From a virus (taxonomy: Duplodnaviria > Caudoviricetes), in the IMG/VR virus record IMGVR_UViG_3300028797_000006, positions 1 to 64,000 of that record: 64,000 nucleotides of DNA. The stretch is one strand, 5' to 3'. Shown here in pieces: positions 10,228 to 21,900 of this stretch. How positions within the stretch are numbered: position 1 is the stretch's first letter; the number at the start of each line of letters is the position of its first letter. Made by a program: the position numbers and the translations under genes. The notes under the pieces were generated by a model that did no database searches, was not told where the DNA came from, and was given only the letters and a program-made list of their open reading frames with translations.

Positions 10228-11241
10228 ATGGAAAAAGAATTTAAATTAGGTCTTATTGCAGCCCTTACAAATACACCAAGTGCTAACTTCTCTGCTGAAG
10301 ACGTTAACACAGCTGCAGTCAATGCAATCATGAAAGAATTAGGACTTGATGAAAACTCAAGCCCAAGAGAAATTCGTGCAAAAGAAGCTGATGCATTCGC
10401 ATTAATCGAAGAAGCTGTTGATGAAATCTTACCAAAGAAATTACAAGCAGTTCTTGGCGAATACGCAGAAGTCAAATCATTCGCACGTGATGCTGAAGTT
10501 CTCTTCAACATTGAAAAAATTGGAAAAAATCGTGCTAAATTAACAATTTCAAGAGGTTCACGTGCTGGTATCTATCGTGCAGCAAGACTTGATTCAAGAT
10601 ACTTTGGTCTTGAAACACACGTCGAAACTGTCGGTGTATTCTGCACACTCGAAGAAATTATTCTTGGCACAATGTCATTAGGCGAACTCTTCTCCAACGT
10701 TCTCGAAGGATTTGAAGAAGCCGTCTATAAAGAAGTCTTCGACGCTTTAGCAGCAGGCGTAGGTGCTGCAGGTCGTGGAGCAATCAAACCAGAAGCAACA
10801 ACAAAATCTGCTTTAGGTGCTGCACTTGATAAAGTTTTACCAAAAGTAAAACAATACGGTGTCCCAACAATCTTCGGTTCATTCGAAGCATTAGCAGACC
10901 TCTGGAATGATGGTGTTTCAGGACATCCAGAACTCGAAGATGCAAAAGATCGTAGACAATACGGAATTATCAAACTCTATAAGGGTGTCCGTGTCGTTGA
11001 ATTACCAAACTACTTAGTTGATAGTTCAAATGAAAAATGGATCTATGATCGTAAATATGTCTTCGTACTTCCATCTGGTGCAAAACCAGTCAAAGTAGCT
11101 CTTAAAGGCGAAATGTACATTAAAAAGAACACCAACGCAGTTGGTTCTGAAAAATGGGAAGCACACAAGATTATCGGTGTCGGTGTTGCAATGGCTAACA
11201 ACTATGCTGTCATTGAACTCAACGATGCAGATTTACAATAG
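10228..11241 (+). CDS. major capsid protein
   Basis: 337 aa, synteny, GxxxxYKGVRVVELPN, strong codon bias, terminator downstream. Confidence 0.8.
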   Translation: MEKEFKLGLIAALTNTPSANFSAEDVNTAAVNAIMKELGLDENSSPREIRAKEADAFALIEEAVDEILPKKLQAVLGEYAEVKSFARDAEVLFNIEKIGKNRAKLTISRGSRAGIYRAARLDSRYFGLETHVETVGVFCTLEEIILGTMSLGELFSNVLEGFEEAVYKEVFDALAAGVGAAGRGAIKPEATTKSALGAALDKVLPKVKQYGVPTIFGSFEALADLWNDGVSGHPELEDAKDRRQYGIIKLYKGVRVVELPNYLVDSSNEKWIYDRKYVFVLPSGAKPVKVALKGEMYIKKNTNAVGSEKWEAHKIIGVGVAMANNYAVIELNDADLQ

Positions 11242-11259
11242 TTTAAGCAATTAAACTCC

Positions 11260-11294
11260 AAGGGGGAAGGAGCTTATCTCCTTCCCCTTATTTA
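11260..11294 (+). terminator. intrinsic terminator after MCP
   Basis: AAGGGGGAAGGAG-cttat-CTCCTTCCCCTT hairpin. Confidence 0.75.
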
Positions 11295-11319
11295 AATTAT
11301 AGAAAGGAGACATGAAAAC

Positions 11320-11823
11320 ATGTCTGAACAAATTAAGGTATTTAAACTTAAAAAAGTTACACCAAAAGATGTTATCTTTATACTACGTCCATTAAGTAAC
11401 CCATCTTTATCTAGAGTAATCAGTCTTACTGATCGTAATCCTTATCAAATGTTGCCACTCGATTGGGCATTAGGTGTCTTTAATGATGATGGTAACTATA
11501 GTCTCTATAAAAAAGGCTATATTACCTTTGATAAAAATGAAGAACTAGTTAAAGAAGCTTATGCAGCCGGAGCATACTTCAGTGAAGTATTAGAGTTCGA
11601 ACCTGCTAAAGAAGGACAATCTGATAAGATTTTAGAAATCCTTAAAGGTGGAAACCGTAGTGCAATTGAACAAGCTAATAAAGATTTCGGTAAAGATGTA
11701 GTTAAGAGCGTTGCTATCGAACATGCATCTGAATTATCAATGGGTGTTGTAAATATGCTTGAAAGTATCTTCAAGTGCCAACTCATCATTGATGGTGACT
11801 TACAAGAAGAAGTTAATGATTAA
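11320..11823 (+). CDS. hypothetical head-associated protein
   Basis: 167 aa, AAGGAG RBS, follows MCP. Confidence 0.7.
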   Translation: MSEQIKVFKLKKVTPKDVIFILRPLSNPSLSRVISLTDRNPYQMLPLDWALGVFNDDGNYSLYKKGYITFDKNEELVKEAYAAGAYFSEVLEFEPAKEGQSDKILEILKGGNRSAIEQANKDFGKDVVKSVAIEHASELSMGVVNMLESIFKCQLIIDGDLQEEVND

Positions 11824-11851
11824 TTAAAATAATTTTAGGGAGGCATAAACA

Positions 11852-12364
11852 ATGCAAGTTTGAGACGATGTATTATATCCTTCATTTAGGGCAATTATTC
11901 GTGGTGAATACTATGGAGTAATTACAAGAGAAGATATTGATGAAGAATGTTTTAATCTTGCGGTTCGTGCTATTAACACATTCAAATTCCCTAGAATTTC
12001 AACTGACTATATTACTTTCTATGCGGTGAGAAACGCCGATAATGAGTTAGAAGAGGTTGATCCAGTTGAAATTCCAGAGGCGATTCCTCATGGTTACTTC
12101 AAAAACGATCTTACTTCTGCTGAATTAGACGTTCTCATCGCATGAATGAAAGTATATTGGTGTGAGAATCAGATATCCAATGCAGATAATTTCGAAGATA
12201 TCTATACTGACTCCAATATTAAGACATATTCTCGTGCAAATGCTGTTGATAAAAATATGAAATTAATGGCAGAATTCAGAAAATATGCGCAAGAATTAGA
12301 AACTAGATATAGTAGAGTCCGCAATTACTCTCCTACAATAGGAGGAATTAATGGCGATGAGTAG
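11852..12364 (+). CDS. head-tail connector protein (code 4)
   Basis: GGAGG RBS; 170 aa with TGA at codon 4 and at 12143; F..DLT..E...(W)M...W pattern; synteny. Confidence 0.7.
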
Positions 12365-13214
12365 TTTTGATAGATTTCAAAGACTCAATCAAAAAAGACA
12401 AGAAGCTCAAGCCAGTTTGGGTAGTCATTTTATTTTTAAAGGATATCCATCAGTAAAAATTCAAAGTGATGCGGACGAAGAATTAGAAATCCAAGCCGCA
12501 GTAGTTAATCAGCAAGAAAAAGATAAAGCATATATCTATACTCATCTTGAAGATGGTCTTCCAATCGGAAGTACATGAAATGCGAAATCTTTACATTGAT
12601 TAATTGCGGAAGAAATAGTGACTATAAAAGATGTAAACTGACATAAGTATATGTCTTTTTTGTGCAATATCAATATAGAAGATATTTGGGGTTATTTTAA
12701 AGGTCCTGAAAAAACCTATATGAATATTGAAAAAGACAGAGACGTGTCTCTTGAGTCTTTACAAAAACCAGTTTTAGTTTTACCAGAAGGTTATTTAGCA
12801 TTTGGTGATAAGATTGTTATTAAAGGACGTCCTTGATTAGTCCAAGAATATGATGCAATTAGTTCACCAGGTATTGTTTATTATTCTCTAAGAGCAACAA
12901 CAGTTTCAAAAGAAGTAATGGATGAACATGAAGGTGAAGATGTATTTATTGAATATAATGAAGATAAAACAACTTCAATTCCAGTTGAACCAGAACGTTC
13001 ACCAATTCCTGGTAAAGCATATGTTTCCAATAATATGGATATTACTGTTTCAACCGAGGAAGGATATTTCAAGGCAGATAAAGCAGTTAAAATTAAAAAA
13101 CATACAGCCACAGAAGTTGTATTCTTCTTACCTTTTGGTATAAAAGAAGTAGAAGTTTTAACAAAGTATCAAGGTGAAGTTGAAACTCGCACATATAAAG
13201 TACAGGAGAATTAA
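12351..13214 (+). CDS. head closure / neck protein (code 4)
   Basis: 287 aa joining track ORFs 12351, 12651 and 12918 through 4 TGA. Confidence 0.65.
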
Positions 13215-13216
13215 TT

Positions 13217-13720
13217 ATGAGTAAGCTACGTAATATTAAAAATGCAGTATTCGAAATTGCTCAATTAATTGGTGCGAATGATGAGGTTGTTCGCCTAATT
13301 GTTAACGATGGTGATAATCCTTTAGAAACTCCTGTTAGTAAAACAATTAATGATTTAATTTCAGAAAAATATATTGCCCTTTATACGCCAACTGAAAATG
13401 CGATTGAAAATTTTGGCCGCAATACATTTATTGCAATTGTTGTAGATAGTGTTTCATTAAAAACAGCAGACAATAATTCAAGAGCATCTATTTCAGTTTA
13501 TGTAAGTACTGATTTAGCGCACACACTAATTAAAGGTAATAGAAATCGTCTTTTAGAGACATGTGATAGAATTGAAACCACTCTTGAAGGGTCAAAGCTA
13601 TCTACTGCAGGAATTATTTCCGTTACATCAATTCAACACGTTATGTTATCAGAATTACATGATGCCTATAAAATAAATTGTAACTTGTCCGATCAAGCTG
13701 CAAGAAAGGCGGAAATTTAA
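13217..13720 (+). CDS. putative tail completion protein
   Basis: 167 aa; synteny. Confidence 0.55.
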   Translation: MSKLRNIKNAVFEIAQLIGANDEVVRLIVNDGDNPLETPVSKTINDLISEKYIALYTPTENAIENFGRNTFIAIVVDSVSLKTADNNSRASISVYVSTDLAHTLIKGNRNRLLETCDRIETTLEGSKLSTAGIISVTSIQHVMLSELHDAYKINCNLSDQAARKAEI

Positions 13721-14454
13721 TGAAAATAGAATCAAATTATAGTATTTCAAGACTATTTATAACAAAAGAAATTGAAATTACGATAGATAACAAACAATCA
13801 TTTATTATTATTTTAAGACCAATTAAAGATTTATTCTTAGATAAAGATTGAAATATCGCATATCATCTTTGAACAGCATCTGGTGAAAAACTTCAACAAT
13901 TATTGCCGTTAAAAGATAAGGAACCGACTCCTTATGATATATTGAAAGTTATTTTCTTTACTATTGGTCAATATGATAAGTATCGAAAATATTATGATAT
14001 ATTCTTCAAAAAGATTAAAGAACTAATACCAGGAATTGAAATCGATTTAGGACATAAAGAGATAAAAGTAAATGATATTAGTATTACAGAAGAAATTTGA
14101 GAATATGTTATATATTTATTAAAATTATCTAATGGGGAAAGGGTAGAAAAACCTCCTACCTTTGACTCTGAAGAAGCAAGGCAATTTTATTTGGCTCAGA
14201 AAGCAGCAGAAGAGAAAATCAAAAAGATTAAATCTCAAAAAGAGGGAGATGCAAATGCTCTCGCCAAAATTATGCTTTCAATAACTTATGCTTTCCCTTC
14301 TTTAACCTTTGATTATCTTTATAATCAAACAATGGCTCAAATTCAATGACTCCAAAAGCATGCCGCTGGAGCAATGTCTTATGAGGTAAATGCGAAAGCA
14401 TTTGCGGCAGGAAACGTAAAGAAAGGCAAGAAATTGGATTTCTTTATAAAGTAA
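13720..14454 (+). CDS. hypothetical virion morphogenesis protein (code 4)
   Basis: 244 aa through 4 TGA; TAATG overlap with the previous gene. Confidence 0.7.
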
Positions 14455-14476
14455 TAGTGAGGTTATAAAAACAACT

Positions 14477-15172
14477 ATGGCTGATAATTTAAAAATTTCT
14501 AGATTAGGCGGCGGTGGTGCAGACTTCCAACAAATGATTCAACGTTTTGGCGTTGTTACAGTCATGAACGCACGTGTTTATGAACCACTCACTGCAGAAG
14601 GTTTCGAAGGTAAAGATGCCGTTGAAATTTTAGCAGAATATCGTCAAGGTAGTGATTGGAAAGCACCTATTTGCAGATTAGATACATTAAAAATTGCAAA
14701 TGCTACCCAAGAAGGTCCTTCAAAGACAGTCTCAGGTGGACAATACAGCAATCCTTTAATTAAATTCGGCAAATCTATGAGACTTGAAATGCAAGATGCA
14801 TTAGGAAGTGCAGCAGCAATGGATGCCCTTTGTGGTACAGTTTCTGAGGCCTCTGCAGCATCAGGTCAAGTTAGTTATGCTAGTGTTTATGGCATTCATG
14901 TTACAGAAGACTTCAATGGTCCAAAAACCATTATCGGTGATACATTCTTCATCGATCAAAAAACTGGACAACAAGTCAAAGCATTAATTGTTTTCTATCA
15001 ATTCTTACCAGATTCAATCTTCAATCTTACACAAGATGCAGAAGGTGATGCAACAGTATTTGATATGAATGGTGACTTATTAACAACAAATATTACTGTT
15101 CATGATATTAATGGCGGCGACTTAGTCCATGGTGTCTTCTATTCAATCGTTGACCCAACACAACTTGCTTAA
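14477..15172 (+). CDS. major tail tube protein
   Basis: 231 aa; LDTLK...GG..NP.LI.F...MQDAL...AEGDATVFDM pattern; terminator downstream. Confidence 0.7.
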   Translation: MADNLKISRLGGGGADFQQMIQRFGVVTVMNARVYEPLTAEGFEGKDAVEILAEYRQGSDWKAPICRLDTLKIANATQEGPSKTVSGGQYSNPLIKFGKSMRLEMQDALGSAAAMDALCGTVSEASAASGQVSYASVYGIHVTEDFNGPKTIIGDTFFIDQKTGQQVKALIVFYQFLPDSIFNLTQDAEGDATVFDMNGDLLTTNITVHDINGGDLVHGVFYSIVDPTQLA

Positions 15173-15191
15173 TTTAATAAACTAATTATCT

Positions 15192-15220
15192 AAGACTACC
15201 TTCGGGTAGTCTTTTTTATT
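15192..15220 (+). terminator. intrinsic terminator
   Basis: AAGACTACC-TTCG-GGTAGTCTT plus T tract. Confidence 0.85.
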
Positions 15221-15281
15221 ACCTTTAATTTGCTTAACTTCTTTAAATCCTCTATACTTTTATGTATCAAAGGAGATTTAT

Positions 15282-15497
15282 ATGAAAGATAGCATCATAG
15301 TATATTCTTCAGCTACTTGTCCCAAGTGTAAAATATTAAAAATGGAGTTACATAGTCGTGGCATTGAGTTTGAAGATTGCCAAGACATTGAAAAAATGAC
15401 TTCATTAGGAATCACCCATGTACCAGTAATGTCCATTAATGGACAACTTTTTGACTTTAAGTCAGCAGTTGGATGATTAAAGGGACGAGGAGAATAA
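15282..15497 (+). CDS. NrdH/glutaredoxin-like protein (code 4)
   Basis: CPKC active site, VPV motif; TGA at 15474 read through to TAA. Confidence 0.8.
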
Positions 15498-15498
15498 T

Positions 15499-17355
15499 AT
15501 GCAACAAGACACAATTGAAAACAAGATAGCTTTCATGCGCAAATATATGAAGGCTCAAAATGCGGCCACAGGCAGTGACGTTGACGCCAATGCTAATGTC
15601 GCGTCTAAGAATATTGCCACTATGGCGGCAGAATTACCAAAGAAAGATATTATCGCACTTAATCGTGAATTAATGCGATTAAAATTAATAGAGCTTTATG
15701 ACGACGATTTAGCACACAGATATGAGGCAGATTTAGCGCATCATACCATTTATAAACATGATGAAACCTCTATCTTCCCATACTGTTGTTCTATTTCACT
15801 TTATCCATTTTTACTCGATGGTCTTACCAAAATTGGTGGAAGTTCAACCGCACCAAAACATTTAGATTCCTTCTGCGGTTCATTCATCAATTTAATGTTC
15901 TTAGTAGCAGGGCAATTCGCGGGCGCAACAGCCACTCCAGAATTCCTTACCTACTTCGACCATTTTGCTCGAAAGGACTATGGTGAAGATTATATCCATC
16001 ATCTTGATGATGTGGTAGAACATTGGTGCGATAAAGAAGTTACATTGCGCGAGAAACTTGAACATTACTTTGCGCAAATTGTATATACAATTAATCAGCC
16101 TGCGGGCGCACGTGGGTATCAATCACTCTTCTGGAATATCGCCTATTTTGATCATGATTACTTTGAATCAATCTATAATGACTTCGTGTTCCCAGACTTT
16201 GATGAACCAAAATGGGAAACAACTAAAGAACTTCAAAAATTCTTTATGAAGTGATTCAATGCAGAACGTCTCAAAAATCTTCTAACATTCCCAGTAGAAA
16301 CCGCCAACATGCATACAGTTAATGGTGAGTATGCAGATAAAGAAATGGCAGATTTCTTTGCTCAAATGTGAGCTGAAGGCGCATCATTCTTTATGTATCA
16401 AAGCGATAGTGTAGATTCACTTTCCTCCTGTTGTAGGCTCCGCAACGGCATTGAAGACAACATCTTCTCTTATACTCTTGGTGCCGGTGGGATTATGACA
16501 GGTTCAAAAGGGGTAATTACACTAAATCTTAACAGAATTGTGCAAGATTGGCACAGAGATAATGCATTAGCCTTTGAAAAAGAATCATTATCGCTTTATA
16601 TTGAGAGAATAGTTAAAAGAGTTCACAAGTATTTAACAGCATTCAATTCAATTATTTGAGAATATAAAAATGCTGGGCTATTAACTATCTTCGATGCAGG
16701 ATTTATTGACTTAGATCGTCAATATCTTACAATCGGCATTAATGGGTTTGTTGAAGGCGCGGAATTCTTAGGCATTGATATTAACCCAGATGATGAAAGA
16801 TATCAACGTTATGCGGAAGAAATCTTAGGAACAATTAAAAGACTTAATCTTGAAGATAGAACAGATAAATGTAAGTTCAATACAGAATTTGTTCCGGCAG
16901 AATCACTTGGCTGTAAAAATGCCAAATGAGATAAGAAAGACGGTTATAAAGTTCCAAGAGATTGCTATAATAGCTACTTCTATATTGTTGAAGATGAAAA
17001 TGTTGATCCAATAATTAAGTTCCGCTATCAAGGAATTAAATTCACTGGTTGTTGTGACGGCGGTTCAGCTCTCCACAATAACTTGGATGAACATCTATCA
17101 GCTTCACAATACCGCATCTTAATGGATGTCGCAGTTAAAGAAGGTTGTAATTACTTTACCTATAATATTAAGAATACCATCTGTAATAAATGCGGATACA
17201 TTAGTAAACATACTCTTGATAAGTGTCCAAAATGCGGAAGTACAGATGTAGATTATGGTACAAGAATTATCGGTTATCTTAAACGTGTTTCGTCCTTTAG
17301 TGCTGGTAGACAGGTCGAAGAGAGGTTAAGAGCATATAATAGCTTAAATAAATAA
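15499..17355 (+). CDS. nrdD: anaerobic ribonucleoside-triphosphate reductase (code 4)
   Basis: 618 aa through 4 TGA; YCCS, SSCCRL, EFVPAESLG, CxxC...CPxCG zinc site, glycyl-radical TRIIGYL. Confidence 0.92.
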
Positions 17356-17356
17356 T

Positions 17357-17821
17357 ATGATAAAATATGAAAGCTCATTGGTAACTTTTACGGAAGTACC
17401 AGATGAAATTAGTCTTTGCCTAAACATAACAGGATGTCCTTGTAACTGTGAAGGGTGTTTCGAACCTTGATTGAGAGAGGACTATGGGAAGGAATTAGAT
17501 AGCGCGGTTTTAGAAGCTGAAATAGCTTCTCACGCGCACATTACCTGTGTATGCTTTTTAGGAGGAGATAACAGATATCAGGAATTAGCAGATTTAATTA
17601 AAGAAGCTAAAGCTAAGCATCCAGACTTAAAATTTGCGATGTACAGCGGAATTCCTGGTATGGTTGAATTGGTTGGACAGTATTTAGATTATTATAAGGT
17701 TGGCCCTTATGATCCTGAATGCGGCCCGCTTAATAAAAAGACTACTAATCAAAAATTCTTTAAGAAAGTAAAGGGAGAATGGGTGGATATAACTTATCGT
17801 TTTCAAAAGGAGAGAGTCTAA
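17357..17821 (+). CDS. nrdG: anaerobic RNR activating radical-SAM protein (code 4)
   Basis: EVPDEISL, GCPCNCEGC radical-SAM motif, LGGD, TTNQKF; one TGA. Confidence 0.88.
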
Positions 17822-17890
17822 TGACTCTCTTTTTCTGTGAAATTGACTATTTCCATTATGGTCGTTATACTATAACTAAGGTGTATAAGC

Positions 17891-18580
17891 ATGAAAACAT
17901 ACAAAATTGGAAATAAAGTTAATGCGATAATTCGTGCATATAGCGCGGGAAACTTCGTAACGGAAATGACATATGATAATGAACCATATACAATTATTAA
18001 GGGAGTTTCTGTTGATTTAACTTTTAAATCTAAGGATTCATTAGCAAAAACTCAAGATAAACAGCTATTAACTTTTAATCATGACCAATTAAGTCAAGTT
18101 AATATTAAAGACGTTGAATTAAATGATAAAATTCTTAATTTAATTTATAATAAAAATGAGGATGCGCCTTTATGTACAAAAGCAGAAAATTATACATCTA
18201 GTGGAAATACAATTTACTTAAATACTGAAGGAACAATCTATCAAGTATTTGTTTATGATGATGAAGGTGAACTTGAATCTGCATATGGAAGTTATGAAGG
18301 ATCGACCTTAACAGTCGAAAAAGAAAATAGTTCTTATCTAATTGTATATAGTTATGTGGGAGAAAAATCATTCTTCCTTAGTAAGCCACAGAACTTCTAT
18401 TGTACAGTTGATTTAGAAGTTATAGGTAATATTGATGATGAAACATCAAATATGTATATACATATTGATAAATGCGGAATTAAAGTAGATCATAGTATGT
18501 ATTTTAATCAATCAGCGAATGCGGTTGATTTATCATTAATTGTATTAGATACAGGTAATGATTATATAACAGTAGAATAA
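17891..18580 (+). CDS. hypothetical tail-region protein
   Basis: 229-aa ORF; TTGACT...TATACT promoter-like sequence upstream. Confidence 0.7.
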   Translation: MKTYKIGNKVNAIIRAYSAGNFVTEMTYDNEPYTIIKGVSVDLTFKSKDSLAKTQDKQLLTFNHDQLSQVNIKDVELNDKILNLIYNKNEDAPLCTKAENYTSSGNTIYLNTEGTIYQVFVYDDEGELESAYGSYEGSTLTVEKENSSYLIVYSYVGEKSFFLSKPQNFYCTVDLEVIGNIDDETSNMYIHIDKCGIKVDHSMYFNQSANAVDLSLIVLDTGNDYITVE

Positions 18581-18600
18581 TTCAATGAAAGGAGAATAGT

Positions 18601-18933
18601 ATGACAAACGTTGAATTAAAAAATAAAGTAGAAGAAATTGTTGCAATTGAGGACTATTTTGACAGAGCAATTGCAATCAGTAATTTTGATAAAGAATATA
18701 GAGGAAGTGATTTCTTTAAAGTCACGAAAAAACCTCTTAAAGAAGTTATTGAAGAATATATTAAAATGAAAATAACTGAACCAGCAGGAATTAAAAAGGC
18801 GATTCAAAAAATTATTGATGGATTAAATTTTGATAATGCTAAATCAGTTATTGATGAATTAGGTAAAACTTTTGGACAAGAAAATGAGGAACTCTTAAGT
18901 TCTCTCTCTGAATTAAAAGATCTTATTAAATAA
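18601..18933 (+). CDS. putative tail assembly chaperone
   Basis: 110-aa helical protein immediately before the tape measure. Confidence 0.5.
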   Translation: MTNVELKNKVEEIVAIEDYFDRAIAISNFDKEYRGSDFFKVTKKPLKEVIEEYIKMKITEPAGIKKAIQKIIDGLNFDNAKSVIDELGKTFGQENEELLSSLSELKDLIK

Positions 18934-18956
18934 TATTTTGATAAGTTGGAGGGTAT

Positions 18957-21900
18957 ATGGCTGAAGTAGTAGAACTACAAGTTAAATTAGATGAAGCTAA
19001 AACTGCTCGAGAAAATATTGTTAAGGCGGGCGGTTTTTCTGGTGTAGCTGGAGCTAAAAATTTAGCTAAACTTGATAACTTGTTAGGATCTATGAGTAAA
19101 ATGGATCTTGGCAACTTAAAAGGGAAAGATTTAGATAATTTTTTAAACGCACTTGGTAAGGTTAGAAGTCTTTTAGATTCCGGCGCAAAAAGTTTAACTA
19201 ATTATAGTAAGGCATATACTGCACAACAACAAAAAACTCATGAAGCGAATGTAAAATTAACAAAAAGCCAAGACCAATTAAATGAGGCACTTCGTAGACA
19301 AGAACAAGCATTACAGAACTATAAAAAAGCATTAAGCGGCAAAGATAAATACGGTTTTTTTGAAAAAGATACTGGTAAAAAAATACCTAATAGTCAATAT
19401 AACCGAATTGCAAAGCAATATGAGGCTGGTAATTTAGGAATACAAAGTGGAGAAACCAAGTTATCTGGGCAAACTTATCAAAATGCTGTCAAAGGACTAG
19501 GATTGGCAGAGCTTGCTAGCGCAAATCAATCTGTTAATATATCAGAACAAATTGTTAAAGCAGATAAAGTTGCGCTTGATGCTGAAGAATTAAAACTATC
19601 TCAGACTCCTACTGGAGGTACCGCGAGTCCAGTTGCTGTAGAAACCTTTGCTCAATCACAAGAAGCAAATAAATTCATAGCGAATACTAAAGCGAATGAG
19701 GCTGCAAAAACTAGAGCAGCTACTAATTTAAGTGCGCAAGATATCGAAGATACTACTAAAGCCTTAGATAAGCAAGGCTCTTCTTTAGGAAAAGCTTTTA
19801 AACATTTTACTCTTTATGCTATTGCCTTAAGAACTGTTAAAAAAGCCGTTAGAGAAGCAGTTAAAACTGTTAGAGATTTAGATAAATATTTAACAGAGCA
19901 AGCAATGGTTACTGGTAAAACTCGTAAGGAAACTTATGGTCTTTTAACTTCGTATCAAGCATTAGCAAAACAACTTGGTTCAACAACAAAAGAAGTTGCA
20001 GGTGTTGCAACTCAATATATGCGTCAAGGTAAATCAACTGAAGAAGCATTAAAATTAACAGAAGCGGCCGTTTCAGCTGCGAAAGTTGCTGGTATTAGTG
20101 CTAGTGAATCAGTTTCATATTTAACTACTGCATTAAACGGCTTTCAACTTTCTGCTAATGAAGCTATGAGAGTTTCAGATAAGTTTGCAGCTATCGCGGC
20201 GCAATCAGCTTCTTCTTATGAAGAATTAGCTATTGCTTTAAGTAAAGTTGCATCTCAAGCCAACTTGGCGGGTATGTCTATTGATTATACTACTGCACTT
20301 TTGGCAAAAGGTTTAGAAACCACTCGTGAAGCTCCGGAAACAATCGGTACTGCTTTAAAGACTGTTATTGCTCGTATGCGTGAAATGGGGGATTATGGTT
20401 CTACCCTTGAAGGAGATACTGATGTTAATAATGTTGAAACACAATTGGCATACGTTGGAATTGCTTTAAAAAACAATAGAGGAGAATTACGTTCAACCGA
20501 AGAAGTTTTGGATGAACTTGGACATAAATGAGATGAGTTAAGTGTTAACCAACAAGCTGCTATTGCTAAAGCTTTAGCTGGTACTCGTCAACAATCACGT
20601 TTAATTGCTATGATGCAAGATTATGAACGTGTTACTGAATTGCAAGATATTGCGCAACGTTCTCAAGGTGCTACATTGGCACAAATGGAAACTTATTTAA
20701 GTGGTATGGATGCTGCATTGAATAAGGTTAGCGTTGCTTGGGAAAAAATTGTTACTGCAGTTGTTGATAGCGAATCTATTATTAATCTTATTAATTTTGT
20801 TGCTAATTTTTTAGAAACATTATCTGAATTTTTAAGTACGGATTGGGGTTTAGAAGCAACATTAACGGTTGTTGCGGCATTAACAGCCGCTACTCTTGGT
20901 AATAAATTACAAGAACTTATTGCATCAAAAGAAATGCAAAAGTATGAACAAGCTGCATTAAAAATAAAACTACAAAAACGTCAAGCAGTTCTTCAAGAGC
21001 AAATTGCTGCAAAACAATTATTAATTGATGAAAAGAAACAAACAGGTGAAGAGAAAAAGCAGCTTGCTTTAAAAATTATTCAAGAAAAATTAGATAAAAA
21101 CGAAATAACAGCAGATCAGGCTGCTATACAACGGGCACAAATTGATTTAGATTACGCAAAAGACGGTCTTACTTTAGAGGCAGAACAAGCGGAGCTCAAA
21201 GCAGAAGCTTTATCTAATGAAACCCAACTTACAGAACTTGGTGCAACTCAAATTAGTCAATATGTTGGTATGGCTAGTACGATCGGTGTAATTGGTGGTG
21301 GCATTATGTCACTTGTTACAGGTTCTCAGGCATGGTTGGTTGCAACAACATTAATTGGAGTAGCTTTAAAAGGAATTCCTATTTTAATTAAGGCTATTAC
21401 CCTTGCTCAAAAAGTATCTAATAAAGAAAAAGGAAAAGGCATGTTTGCAGGTATTGTAAGTGCTTTTTCATCAGCAGGTATTCCTGGAGTAATCGCCGGT
21501 ATTGCATTAGCAACTGCTTTAGTTGCTGGACTAGGTCTTAGTATTTTTGCCGTAGCATCTGCAGCTATTAAAACTCAAAAATCTACAGATGAAGAAATTA
21601 ATAGCATGTCTGCATCAATTTATAATCTTGAAAAAAGTGCATCAGCGATAGATACTGTTGTATCTAAATTTGAGGATCTTGATAATAAAGTTATAAAGAC
21701 TAAAGAAGATATTGATGCAATGAATGATGCTCTCAACTCTGCTTCAGATAATTTAAGCACAGTTAAAAGTAAGGATGAAAAAATCAAGAGTAAAGATGAT
21801 AAGAATTATAAAAAACTTAAAGAAAAAGAAGCAGCGGGAACTGCCACTAAAGACGAACTAGATGCAATTTGATCTGCAGAGCATGATGGTCAAAGCAAAC

